Shown here piece after piece: positions 1 through 8,212 of a DNA stretch of 64,000 nt. The stretch is taken from contig CAZAXR010000039.1 of NCBI GenBank assembly GCA_964489185.1, positions 53,128 through 117,127 of the forward strand, read 5' to 3'. The position numbers and the translations under genes are program-made. The notes beneath the pieces are model-generated. The model saw nothing but the letters and a program-made list of their open reading frames with translations. It was not told the origin of the DNA and made no database searches. Positions within the stretch are counted from its first letter, which is position 1, and each line of letters opens with the position of its first letter. The stretch comes from an uncultured Steroidobacteraceae bacterium (GTDB taxonomy: Bacteria; Pseudomonadota; Gammaproteobacteria; Steroidobacterales; Steroidobacteraceae).

Positions 1-295
1 CGCGCACCCATTCGGCGTTGGCCTTGTCGTGCGGCGAGCCTACGTGATTGGCGTCCGAGGACAGGTTCTGGAGCCATGCGCGCAGGTCCGCCGGATCGAG
101 CTGGGCATCAAAGCTCCGTTCGAAGCCTGCTTCGTGCGCGGCCTGCGCCGGGCCGAAGCCGAACAGCGTCTGGCCGCCGCTGTCGCCGCTCGCCGCGGCG
201 GCGCTCAGTGCCGTCAGCAGCGCGAGCAGGAGCAGCAGCGCGCGGCGCACCGCTCCGATCCGAGCCCGTCCATAGGTCCGCAGCGTCTCGTGCAT
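1..295 (-). CDS. M28-family (PA-domain, glutamate-carboxypeptidase-II-like) peptidase, N-terminal fragment running off the window edge
   Basis: Absent from the ORF track because there is no stop in the window. My own minus-strand translation from ATG 295 (GGAGGT about 7 nt upstream) gives MHETLRTYGRARIGAVRRALLLLLALLTALSAAAASGD...FERSFDAQLDPADLRAWLQNLSSDANHVGSPHDKANAEWVR. This is a signal peptide followed by the N-terminal motif typical of bacterial PA/M28 peptidases. Confidence 0.45.
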   Translation of the reverse strand, partial: MHETLRTYGRARIGAVRRALLLLLALLTALSAAAASGDSGGQTLFGFGPAQAAHEAGFERSFDAQLDPADLRAWLQNLSSDANHVGSPHDKANAEWVR

Positions 296-497
296 CTCAA
301 ACCTCCGTAAATCCCCAAATCCCCGCTGGTGCGCACTCCGCGCTCGCGCGCGGGCCGGCATTGTAGAGCGCTGCCGCAGCCCGGGTCATTCAGAAAGGGC
401 GCGCAGGCGGGGGCAGAGTCCAGAGCAAGCGCCACCGGCGCAGTTATCCACAGAGGCCACGGGCCGCCGAGCGAGCACAAATCTCAGCCGAAATGTG

Positions 498-512
498 CTG
501 TGCGTCGCACAG
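498..512. promoter_or_regulatory. Perfect 7-1-7 palindrome CTGTGCG-T-CGCACAG in the 370-bp region upstream of the fibre-like operon; candidate operator
   Basis: Read directly at 498-512. It lies between divergent genes (M28 fragment start at 295, subunit gene start at 673). No binding protein can be assigned. Confidence 0.15.
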
Positions 513-672
513 CGCACGCACCCGCGCGCGGCACCGCAGCGAGATGTGAATCAGCCCCCCAAAATCCGCCCGCGAAGCGTGACATAAGCCCGCCGCGGCC
601 CGGAGGGGCGTCGGTACGATGACTCGCAAGGCTTAGGCCACAGAATCCTCAACCAAGCTCAGGAATGTGAAT

Positions 673-1311
673 ATGCGGACGTCAGTTATTGTTCGGAGCG
701 TGCTCGCGGCGGCGGCCCTCGCGGCCCCAATGCTCGCTACCGCCGAATCCAACTTCCAGACCGGCGCCGGGGCCCTCACGGCCACCGCGCACGTGGACTT
801 TCAGATCACGATTCCGAAGTTCCTGTTCCTGCGCGTCGGCGCGGGCACGGGCACCGCGGCGGGCGGCTTTGCCACCAACGCCACGGTCGACCAGATCACC
901 TGGGCTCCGACGTCCGCGCAGGTCGGTAACAGCACCGCGCTCGCAGGCACCGGCGGTGACCTGACCGGCGGGGTCGAGACCGCAGTGGTCGTGGGCAACA
1001 ACGGTAACGTGACGTTCAGCTCCACCACCACCGGCCCGCTGAACGACGGCGCGGGCGACACCATCAGCTACACTCAGATCAAGACGACGCAGAGCGCCAA
1101 TTCCACTCCGACCGTGCTGGCCCCGCCGGCCCTGGCCGACGGTGCCACGACCAGCACGACGCTCACCGCGGTCGCCAAGATCGTGCAGCAGGATGCCAAG
1201 TGGGCCTACTCGTACCTGAACACCACGGTGCCGCCGGCGGGCACGTACGGTGGCGGCGGCGCGGGTAACGTCGGCGCCGGTCGCGTGACGTACACCGCGT
1301 CGGTGCCCTAA
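673..1311 (+). CDS. Secreted Thr/Gly/Ala/Asn-rich pilin-like subunit A (hypothetical)
   Basis: ORF 667..1311; I prefer ATG 673, 8 nt after AGGA. Signal peptide MRTSVIVRSVLAAAALAAPMLATA|ESN. An alternating-hydrophobic strand (HVDFQITIP) follows the cleavage site. The C-terminus PPAGTYGG...GRVTYTASVP resembles the last beta-strand of chaperone-usher pilins. Confidence 0.6.
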   Translation: MRTSVIVRSVLAAAALAAPMLATAESNFQTGAGALTATAHVDFQITIPKFLFLRVGAGTGTAAGGFATNATVDQITWAPTSAQVGNSTALAGTGGDLTGGVETAVVVGNNGNVTFSSTTTGPLNDGAGDTISYTQIKTTQSANSTPTVLAPPALADGATTSTTLTAVAKIVQQDAKWAYSYLNTTVPPAGTYGGGGAGNVGAGRVTYTASVP

Positions 1312-1341
1312 CTCCGGGCTACCGCGAGCACACGGTGCACT

Positions 1342-2055
1342 ATGTCCCCCGGGAGGCGCGACATGGAGCAGCGCCCCCCGGGGGATGACCGTCGCAGGCA
1401 CCTGCGCACTGTAGGTGCGGCCATGGCGCTCGCGGCCGGCGCTATTACTGCTGCCGCGGGCGCGCTGGCGTTCACCGCCACGCTGACTCCGGCCTCTCCC
1501 AAGACCATCTACCTGCAGGTCGGCAACGGCACCTTCACCGGCGGCAACTACACGCCCATCAAGGGCAACGGTCAGCCGAGCGGCAATCCCGGCAACAACG
1601 CCACCATCAACAAGGTGACGGTGAGTGTCGCCGCGGCGAGCGTCGGCAACGGCACCGCGCAGGCAATGACCACCGACAGCACCGCGGCCAACAGCTTCTG
1701 GGACGGATTCGCCTTCTGCAACCTGCCACAGCAGCTGTACATCGGCGGCTTCTACCGCACCACCGGGGCCGGCGCCGGCAACGTGTCGGTGATCGCCACG
1801 GTTCCCGTCTCGCTCACCGCTGTCGCCGGCGATACGATCCCCTTCTCCCAGATCAGTTGGACCAGCGCTGGCAACGCCGATGCGGGCGCCGAGCCGTTTC
1901 CGGCCGGCAGCTTCTCGGGCACCACGCTCAACGTGGGCAGCATCGGCCAGAACCAGTGGGCCGAGAGCTGCTGGACCTTCTCCTACAAGAACACCGTCGT
2001 TCCAGCCGCGGGCACCTATACGGGCCGCGTGCTGTACACGCTGGCGGCGCCGTAG
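1342..2055 (+). CDS. Secreted pilin-like subunit B, paralog of subunit A (hypothetical)
   Basis: Starts 30 nt after gene A. Leader is ...RRRHLRTVGAAMALAAGAITAAAGALAFTA|TLTP (start 1342 or 1363). It has two Cys (FAFCNL...ESCWTF). The C-terminus VVPAAGTYTGRVLYTLAAP parallels gene A. Confidence 0.6.
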   Translation: MSPGRRDMEQRPPGDDRRRHLRTVGAAMALAAGAITAAAGALAFTATLTPASPKTIYLQVGNGTFTGGNYTPIKGNGQPSGNPGNNATINKVTVSVAAASVGNGTAQAMTTDSTAANSFWDGFAFCNLPQQLYIGGFYRTTGAGAGNVSVIATVPVSLTAVAGDTIPFSQISWTSAGNADAGAEPFPAGSFSGTTLNVGSIGQNQWAESCWTFSYKNTVVPAAGTYTGRVLYTLAAP

Positions 2056-2080
2056 TCGGCGTACCGATAGGCACCGCCGC

Positions 2081-2542
2081 ATGCGTCCGCTTCGTATCCT
2101 CGCATTCTGCATAATCTGGCTCGCGGCCACGGCCGCGCACGCCGCCAGGACCTCGGTCGTCGACGACTCGGGGACGCTTCCCAACAACGCCGCGGTGGCG
2201 ATGCGCTGGCAGCAACAGCAGCCGCGCGGTCCGGGCGCCACCCAGATGGTGGGTACGCTGCTGCTGCGCGTGCGACTCAACGTCACCCCGTGGCTCAAGC
2301 GCGCCGGTCGCATCTACCTGACGCTGCCCGCCCAGCAGCCTGGCGGCATTACGGCCACCTGGACCACGCAGGGACGGCTGCTGCCGGGGCAGGTCGTGTC
2401 CGGCAGCCGCACGCTGGTCTACGCCGGTCCCATCAGCACCCCTTTCATCGAGGACGTCGTGCAGCTGACGGTCACCGTCGACGGCCGACGCATGCTGCAG
2501 AGCTACCCGGTCAACTTCCGCTTTGAAATCGACGAGGACTGA
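2081..2542 (+). CDS. Small secreted protein (153 aa) of the fibre-like operon, unknown function
   Basis: Internal ATG 2081 of ORF 1880..2542 gives MRPLRILAFCIIWLAATAAHA|ARTS, a clean signal peptide. It starts 25 nt after gene B and stops 2 nt before the next gene. Confidence 0.55.
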   Translation: MRPLRILAFCIIWLAATAAHAARTSVVDDSGTLPNNAAVAMRWQQQQPRGPGATQMVGTLLLRVRLNVTPWLKRAGRIYLTLPAQQPGGITATWTTQGRLLPGQVVSGSRTLVYAGPISTPFIEDVVQLTVTVDGRRMLQSYPVNFRFEIDED

Positions 2543-2544
2543 TC

Positions 2545-3336
2545 GTGCGACGCCTGATACTCACCGCCGCCCTGTTCACCGCCGCCTGCACCGTCACCGA
2601 AGTCCGGGCCGACGGGTTTGCCGCCCTGGTATCGCCACCGCGCTTTGAGCTCACCGGCAAGTCCGGTGCCACGCTGCGGCAGGTGATCGAGGTCACCAAC
2701 CGCGCGAACACACCGAGCCGCTTCCGGCTGCACACCGCGGACTTCGTGCTCGGCAAGGACTACGGCGCCGCCTTCCACGACGAGCTGCTGCCCGGCAGCT
2801 GCCGCCCGTGGGTGGCGATCGAGCGGCCGCTGGTGTCACTGCCAGCCGGCGCCACCATCCGCTACCGCTTCGAGGTGCAGGTGCCGCAGGAGGCACCCGC
2901 GGGGGAGTGCCGCTTCGCGATCATGATCGAGGCGGACGAGCCCTCGGTCACCAAGGCCGGCGCTGTGCAGCTGCCGATCGTCGGGCGCATCGGCGTCATC
3001 GTCTACGTGAGCGTTGGGAATGCCACCCCGCAGCTCGAGGTGTTTGGTCCGGAGGTGATCACGCTCAACGGCCAGCGTCTGCCGGCGGTGCGCGTGCACA
3101 ACTCCGGCAATGCGCACACGCGCCTGAGCGGGTTCCTGACCGGCAAGGATGCCGCCGGGCGCAAGTACGACTTCACTCCGTCCGACTTCCCGATCCTGCC
3201 CGGCGAGGAGCGCGAGATCTTTTTCACGCCCTCCACTGCCGATAACCCGACGCCGACCCTGACCTTCCCGGTCACCGTGCAGGGGACCCTGGAATGGGCC
3301 GACCAGCGCACCGATCTCGACGAGCGCTTCAATTGA
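2545..3336 (+). CDS. Periplasmic PapD-like (two Ig-like domains) chaperone candidate
   Basis: GTG 2545 with GAGGA upstream. Signal peptide MRRLILTAALFTAACTVTEVRA|DG. The N-domain pattern LVSPPRFELTGKSGATLRQVIEVTNRANTPSRFRLH and the second-domain pattern LPAVRVHNSGNAHTRLSGFL...ILPGEEREIFF both match pilus chaperone sequence patterns. The mature length is about 240 aa. Confidence 0.55.
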   Translation: MRRLILTAALFTAACTVTEVRADGFAALVSPPRFELTGKSGATLRQVIEVTNRANTPSRFRLHTADFVLGKDYGAAFHDELLPGSCRPWVAIERPLVSLPAGATIRYRFEVQVPQEAPAGECRFAIMIEADEPSVTKAGAVQLPIVGRIGVIVYVSVGNATPQLEVFGPEVITLNGQRLPAVRVHNSGNAHTRLSGFLTGKDAAGRKYDFTPSDFPILPGEEREIFFTPSTADNPTPTLTFPVTVQGTLEWADQRTDLDERFN

Positions 3337-5387
3337 AAGCGCGCGCAGCACGCGCCCTCAGGCGGGCGGCGTGCGGCGGTGTGCTCGCGGCGGCGCTGCT
3401 AGCGGGGACGGGCGCGCGCGCCCAGACCCCACCCAGCAGCGCCCCACCGGCGGCATACGAGGACCGCCTGATCGGCGGCGGCGCGCTGTCGCCGGACATC
3501 TCCAGCGGCGACTATTACAGCAGCAGCGACACGAGCGGCCTGGCGCGCTCGCTGCGTGTGGATGGGCTCGTGAGTGTGTTGACCCAGGAGGGAGCGAACG
3601 CCGCACCGACGCTCCACGAGAACGGCATGGTGTTCGACACCCAGTGGGAAACCCGGGCCTACGGCACGTGGTCCGCGGACGGTGCGGTGCGCATCGGCAG
3701 CGACGACGATCGTCTCGGGACGGGCACCTCCCATGGCTCGTTCGTGCTGCATGAGCGCGGCATGCCCTTCGATGACGGCTGGCAGGCCGACAACGCCCTC
3801 GGCGACCTCAACGCACCCCTCATCAACCTGGCGCGCACCCAGCCGCGCTTCGTGCTCTCCTCGGGCACCATGCTCGGGGCGGAGACCGAATGGCGCGGAC
3901 CGTCGGGAGCGCAGATCGTCGCCGGTGGCGGCGAGCCCGGCATCTACGGCGGCATCAAGGTACCGACCTTCGACACGCTCGGAGGCTCGACCGCGACCGT
4001 GGGTGCGCAGTGGTCGCCCGACCCGCATTGGTCAGTCGGTGGGGAGTACGCCGGGGCGCGCGACGCCAACATCTACTTCCAGCCGCTGGAGTCCACGCTG
4101 CTGCCGCCGACGGTGGCCAACCAGCGCATCTCATCCAACACCGGGCTCGTGAGCACCGCCTGGGCGGACGGCGGCAACCGGGCGCAGCTGAACCTGATCG
4201 ACGGCACGCTGGACGGCAACAGCAATGCCTTCGGCGTATGGGCCGATGCCTCGCACACCCATGGCGCTGTAACGCAGTCGTTCGGGGCCTTCCGCATCGA
4301 TCCCAATCTCGCCTGGGGCAACCAGCTGATCACGAGCGACGTCGAGGGCGGCTACTACCGCGTCGGCTACCAGAGCCGGCGCTGGACCGCCGACGCCGGT
4401 GTCGATGAGGTGCGGTCGGTATCCGGCAACGGCGCCAACAGCACCTTCCTGAACGGTGACGCCCGCTACCAGCTGTCGCGTGACTGGGGCATCGGCAGCG
4501 TCGCCAACGTGCTGCTGACGAGCGACGGCAGCCACAACACCTCCTGGTCGCTGGAGGGCTACGTGGATGCCATCAACCGCTACGGCAGCGGTCGGGTGCA
4601 GCTCGATTACGCCACCGACCCGCTCACCCAGGACGCCAGTATCACGGTGCAGCAGGACTGGACCACCCGCCCGGGTTTGCGCCTCGCCACCAGCGTCTCG
4701 CTCGACCGCGTACACACTGGCGCAGCGCCCGGGCTGCCCCAGGAGGACAGCACCATCGTGCGACTGGCCGCTTACGGTGGCGGCGACCTGACCGCACGAC
4801 TGTCGCTCGACGGCAGCGTGCAGTGGGCCGATGCCGTGCAGGGACGCGCCGCGCCGACTACCGCCGCTGACGTGACGCTCACTTACCAGATGGCTCGCTC
4901 CTGGGGGCTGCTATTCAGCTTCTATGAGAGCCGTGTCGGCTCCTGGACGCCGCTCGTGGTGACCTCGCCGCTCACGCCGCCGGTGCCGACCCCGCAGCCT
5001 TCGCAGGGCCAGCGTGGATTCTTCCTCACCCTGCGCTACCAGTCGGCGAGCGGCCTGCACTTCGTGCCGCTCGGGGGCATGCCGGGCATGGGGTCCGGGC
5101 GGCTGACGGGAGTGGTGTATCTCGACAGCAACGAGAACGGCCGCTTCGATGCGGGCGAGACCGGAGCGGCGAACGTCACCGTGATTCTCGACGGCCGCTT
5201 CTCGACGCGCACCGACGCCAACGGGCGCTTCGACTTCCCAGCCGTGGCCGCGGGCCACCATGTGCTCACCGTGCAGGGCGACAACCTGCCGCTGCCGTGG
5301 GTACTCAGTCACGAGGGGCGCACCGAGGTGGAGGTTGGCACGCGCGACCGCGTCGACGTCAACATCGGCGCGCTGCGCATGAAGTGA
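3333..5387 (+). CDS. Large secreted protein: predicted outer-membrane beta-barrel with C-terminal Cna-B/CarboxypepD_reg-like domain (usher-analog candidate)
   Basis: TTG 3333 overlaps the stop of the previous gene (TTGA) and gives MKARAARALRRAACGGVLAAALLAGTGARA|QTP. The body has alternating aromatic/Gly-rich stretches typical of barrels (WSVGGEYAGARD, YYRVGYQSRRWTADAG). The tail is GRLTGVVYLDSNENGRFDAGETGAANVTVILDG...TDANGRFDFPAVAAGHHVLTV. Confidence 0.55.
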   Translation: MKARAARALRRAACGGVLAAALLAGTGARAQTPPSSAPPAAYEDRLIGGGALSPDISSGDYYSSSDTSGLARSLRVDGLVSVLTQEGANAAPTLHENGMVFDTQWETRAYGTWSADGAVRIGSDDDRLGTGTSHGSFVLHERGMPFDDGWQADNALGDLNAPLINLARTQPRFVLSSGTMLGAETEWRGPSGAQIVAGGGEPGIYGGIKVPTFDTLGGSTATVGAQWSPDPHWSVGGEYAGARDANIYFQPLESTLLPPTVANQRISSNTGLVSTAWADGGNRAQLNLIDGTLDGNSNAFGVWADASHTHGAVTQSFGAFRIDPNLAWGNQLITSDVEGGYYRVGYQSRRWTADAGVDEVRSVSGNGANSTFLNGDARYQLSRDWGIGSVANVLLTSDGSHNTSWSLEGYVDAINRYGSGRVQLDYATDPLTQDASITVQQDWTTRPGLRLATSVSLDRVHTGAAPGLPQEDSTIVRLAAYGGGDLTARLSLDGSVQWADAVQGRAAPTTAADVTLTYQMARSWGLLFSFYESRVGSWTPLVVTSPLTPPVPTPQPSQGQRGFFLTLRYQSASGLHFVPLGGMPGMGSGRLTGVVYLDSNENGRFDAGETGAANVTVILDGRFSTRTDANGRFDFPAVAAGHHVLTVQGDNLPLPWVLSHEGRTEVEVGTRDRVDVNIGALRMK

Positions 5388-5405
5388 GCGCAGCTCGAGT
5401 CGGAG

Positions 5406-5795
5406 TTACTCGACCACCGAGGACTGGATCGCAATCCCCGCCTTCAGCACGCTCGTGACCGTGGTGCCGGCGGCGACTTCCAGGAGGCGGGTGCGCTGTT
5501 CGACAGTCAGCGGCTTGGCGAAGGACAAGCGCCGCTCGATGTGATCGCGGCCCGCAGCGTCGCGCGTCCAGCGCAGCCCGACGGTGATCCTGCCGAGGGG
5601 CCAGTCGTGCTGCGCGGCGTGCCGGCGCAGCGCCACCGCAGTATCGGAGCCCAGACTCGCCAGCAGCAGCTCGCGCGGGGCGAGGCCGGCGTCGCTGCCG
5701 CCGGCGGCAACCGGCTCGTCCGCCGTCAGATGATGATGGCCGGAGACGATCTGCTGAACATGCTGATGTTCATTGATTACGGTCACGTAGGCCAT
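5406..5795 (-). CDS. OsmC family peroxiredoxin-like protein
   Basis: MAYVTVINEHQ...HLTADEPVAAGGSDAGLAPRELLLASLGS fits the OsmC pattern (DEP..GG.D.G..P.ELLL). The start at 5795 is preceded by GGGGAGAA. Confidence 0.75.
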   Translation of the reverse strand: MAYVTVINEHQHVQQIVSGHHHLTADEPVAAGGSDAGLAPRELLLASLGSDTAVALRRHAAQHDWPLGRITVGLRWTRDAAGRDHIERRLSFAKPLTVEQRTRLLEVAAGTTVTSVLKAGIAIQSSVVE

Positions 5796-6819
5796 TGCCA
5801 GGTTCTCCCCCGGACGTGCGCTCACGCCGCGCCCAACGTGCCTGGGCGTAAATGCCGGCGTGCGACAGCCGTCCGAGCATGCTGCGCGCGATGCTGCTGA
5901 CGCTCAAGCCGGTCGCATCCTCCAGGCGGTAGGGTGTGCCCTCGAGGATCGCGGCCGCGGCGCGCAAGCCGCTGCGCACCGCCGGTCCGATGCCCTCTCC
6001 CAGGTCGCGCGTAGCGAGCCCCGCGGCATCGCCGGTGATGAAGGCATTGTCGCGCCGCGCGACATCGACGCGCCCGCGCAGATAGTAGCTGTACCCGGTG
6101 GGGTCGTAACGTGCGCCCGGGGCGAGAGCGCCGTCGAGCTTAGCAGCGAGTTGCGCCCAGTGGGTGCGGATGTCCTGCGCACGCGCTTTCAGCCGCTCGG
6201 CAAGGGCGCCGATGCCGACGTTGAGCCAGCCACGCTCCTTGGGCACGTACCAGGAATAGCCCGGCAGGCCGTGCTCGAAGAACCACAGGTGGCAGTCCGC
6301 GTCCTTCCAGTCGTATTGAATCTCGTGTTCGAGCGTCACGATCTGCAGCTCGCTGGCACGCGGATTCAACTCGCGGAACAGCTCGCGGTATACCGGGCAG
6401 CGGGTGCCGCCGGCCCCGATCAGGTGGCGGCAGCGGTACGCGCCGTCGATCACGTAGCCGCCCCCGTCCGCGACGATGTGGCGCACGTTGTGCACCTCGA
6501 GCGGCGCGCCCGAGCGCTGCAGCAGCCACGCATCGAACTCGTAGCGGCGGATCGAGTGCTGCACGCAGGGCACCGACACGTTGAGCTTACCCATGTGCAG
6601 GCGCAGCCGCGGGAAGGTGAGCAGCCGGTGCGGGTAAGCCGCGATGTCCATGCCCAGCTCGCGCACCACTTCCGGGGTGATCCAGCCGGCGCACAGCTTC
6701 TGGCGCGGAAAGGGCTCGCGGTCGAGCACCAGCACGTCGGCGCCGGCGGCCGTGAGCTTCCAGGCGGCGCTGGAGCCGGCGGGGCCGCCGCCGACGATGA
6801 GCACGTCACAGCTGCGCAT
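5770..6819 (-). CDS. FAD-dependent oxidoreductase (geranylgeranyl-reductase family)
   Basis: The N-terminal dinucleotide fold is CDVLIVGGGPAGSSAAWKLTAAGADVLVLDRE. The C-terminal GD motif is FITGDAAGLATRDLGEGIGPA. Confidence 0.8.
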   Translation of the reverse strand: MRSCDVLIVGGGPAGSSAAWKLTAAGADVLVLDREPFPRQKLCAGWITPEVVRELGMDIAAYPHRLLTFPRLRLHMGKLNVSVPCVQHSIRRYEFDAWLLQRSGAPLEVHNVRHIVADGGGYVIDGAYRCRHLIGAGGTRCPVYRELFRELNPRASELQIVTLEHEIQYDWKDADCHLWFFEHGLPGYSWYVPKERGWLNVGIGALAERLKARAQDIRTHWAQLAAKLDGALAPGARYDPTGYSYYLRGRVDVARRDNAFITGDAAGLATRDLGEGIGPAVRSGLRAAAAILEGTPYRLEDATGLSVSSIARSMLGRLSHAGIYAQARWARRERTSGGEPGNGLRDRNQ

Positions 6820-6829
6820 GGAGGCAGGT

Positions 6830-8116
6830 TCAGCGGCTGTAGAGGTGCGCGCGGGTCAGCGGGATATCGTTGCTCTCGCCGGGCGCAAACACCACCTGGA
6901 ACAATTGCAGCGAGCCGGTGGTGAAGCCGGCGACCGAGCCGCAGAGGTACAGCCGCCACATGCGCACGAACTTCTCATCGAACATCCCGCGCACCCGCTC
7001 GGCGGCACCCTCGTAGAGGGCGAGCCAGTGCCGCAGCGTCTGTGCGTAGTGCAGGCGCAGGTTCTCGACATCCAGGATGGAGAAGTTCCACGGCTCGAAG
7101 ATGCGCGATATCTCCCCCAGCGTCGGCGGATAGGCCCCTGGGAAGATGCGCTTTTCGATCCAGGGCTGCAGGCGCGCCGGGCAGTTGCGCCCGATGGAAT
7201 GGATCAGGCCCCGGCCATGCCCCGCGAGGCAGCGCGCTACCACCTGACCGAGCGCCGGGTAGTTCTTCAGGCCGACGTGTTCAAGCATGCCCACCGAGAC
7301 GAAGGCGTCGTAACGCCCCTCGATGTTGCGATAGTCGTCTTCCACGTACTCTACGCGCCCCGCCAGGCCCTCGCGTACCGCATGGGCGCGCGCGTACACG
7401 ATCTGCTCGTGAGAGATGTTGTAGGCGCGCACCCGCACCCCGTAATGCCGCGCCATGTGCAGTGCCAGCGTGCCCCAGCCGCAGCCGGCCTCCACCACGC
7501 TCTCGCCGGCCTTGAGCTGCAGCTTGCGGCACACGTGGTCCATCTTGGCGACCTGTGCCTCATTGAGCGTGGCGCTGGGCGTGGGGTAGTAGGCGCAGGT
7601 GTAGGCCATGGTGCTGCCCAGCCACAGCGCATAGAAATCGTTGCCGATGTCGTAGTGATGGTGGATGTTGTCGCGCGAGCGGGCGAGCGTGTTGAGATGC
7701 GGCCGCCTGAGGCGGCTCAGCACGCGGCGCCACAGGGGGGTGCTGCCGGAAGCGCCCGCCTGGTACACCGTCTCGAGCAGCCGCACCAGATCCCCCTCGA
7801 TGACGACCGCCCCGTCGCTGTAGGCATCGCCGAAGCGCAGCCACGGGTCAGACAGCGTCCAGAGCAGCGTCGCGCGGCTCGCAAAGATGACCCGCGCCAC
7901 CGGCTCGGCCGGCCGCACCTGCGCGCTGTTGCGGATCGCGAACTCGACCGGCGGATGGCCCAGGACGGCCGCCAGCTTGGATAGCAGCCAGCCATCCACA
8001 GCTCTCCCGCCCCGACGCCCCCCGTGCTCCGCGCTCACCGTGGGGGGTGCAGCAGCTTGCGGCACCGCGTCGCTCGCGCGGGCAGATGACAGGCGGTCTT
8101 CGGCGGAGGCGTTCAC
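6830..8116 (-). CDS. cfa: Cyclopropane-fatty-acyl-phospholipid synthase family SAM methyltransferase
   Basis: HHYDIGNDFYALWLGSTMAYTCAYY...VVEAGCGWGTLALHMARHYGVRVRAYNISHEQ...MLEHVG are classic CFA synthase motifs. Confidence 0.85.
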   Translation of the reverse strand: MNASAEDRLSSARASDAVPQAAAPPTVSAEHGGRRGGRAVDGWLLSKLAAVLGHPPVEFAIRNSAQVRPAEPVARVIFASRATLLWTLSDPWLRFGDAYSDGAVVIEGDLVRLLETVYQAGASGSTPLWRRVLSRLRRPHLNTLARSRDNIHHHYDIGNDFYALWLGSTMAYTCAYYPTPSATLNEAQVAKMDHVCRKLQLKAGESVVEAGCGWGTLALHMARHYGVRVRAYNISHEQIVYARAHAVREGLAGRVEYVEDDYRNIEGRYDAFVSVGMLEHVGLKNYPALGQVVARCLAGHGRGLIHSIGRNCPARLQPWIEKRIFPGAYPPTLGEISRIFEPWNFSILDVENLRLHYAQTLRHWLALYEGAAERVRGMFDEKFVRMWRLYLCGSVAGFTTGSLQLFQVVFAPGESNDIPLTRAHLYSR

Positions 8117-8212
8117 GAACCGATCCTTCCCTACAGGTCCCGAAGGTTAGGTTATCACGGACGACCGCCGCAGGCCGCCGGGGGCTCCCCGACGGTGACG
8201 CGGCGCCATCGT

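Noticed and set aside
682-2313. 543-aa minus-strand ORF antisense to the subunit genes. Similar long antisense or out-of-frame ORFs occur at 9611..11908 (-), 35644..37668 (-), 47896..50511 (-), 52765..55062 (-) and 56688..58937 (+).
   Set aside because: All are Arg/Ala/Gly/Pro-rich low-complexity translations lying opposite genes with unmistakable family signatures (M13 peptidase, GldG, valS, TgpA, prfC). Long stop-free antisense frames are expected at about 70% GC.
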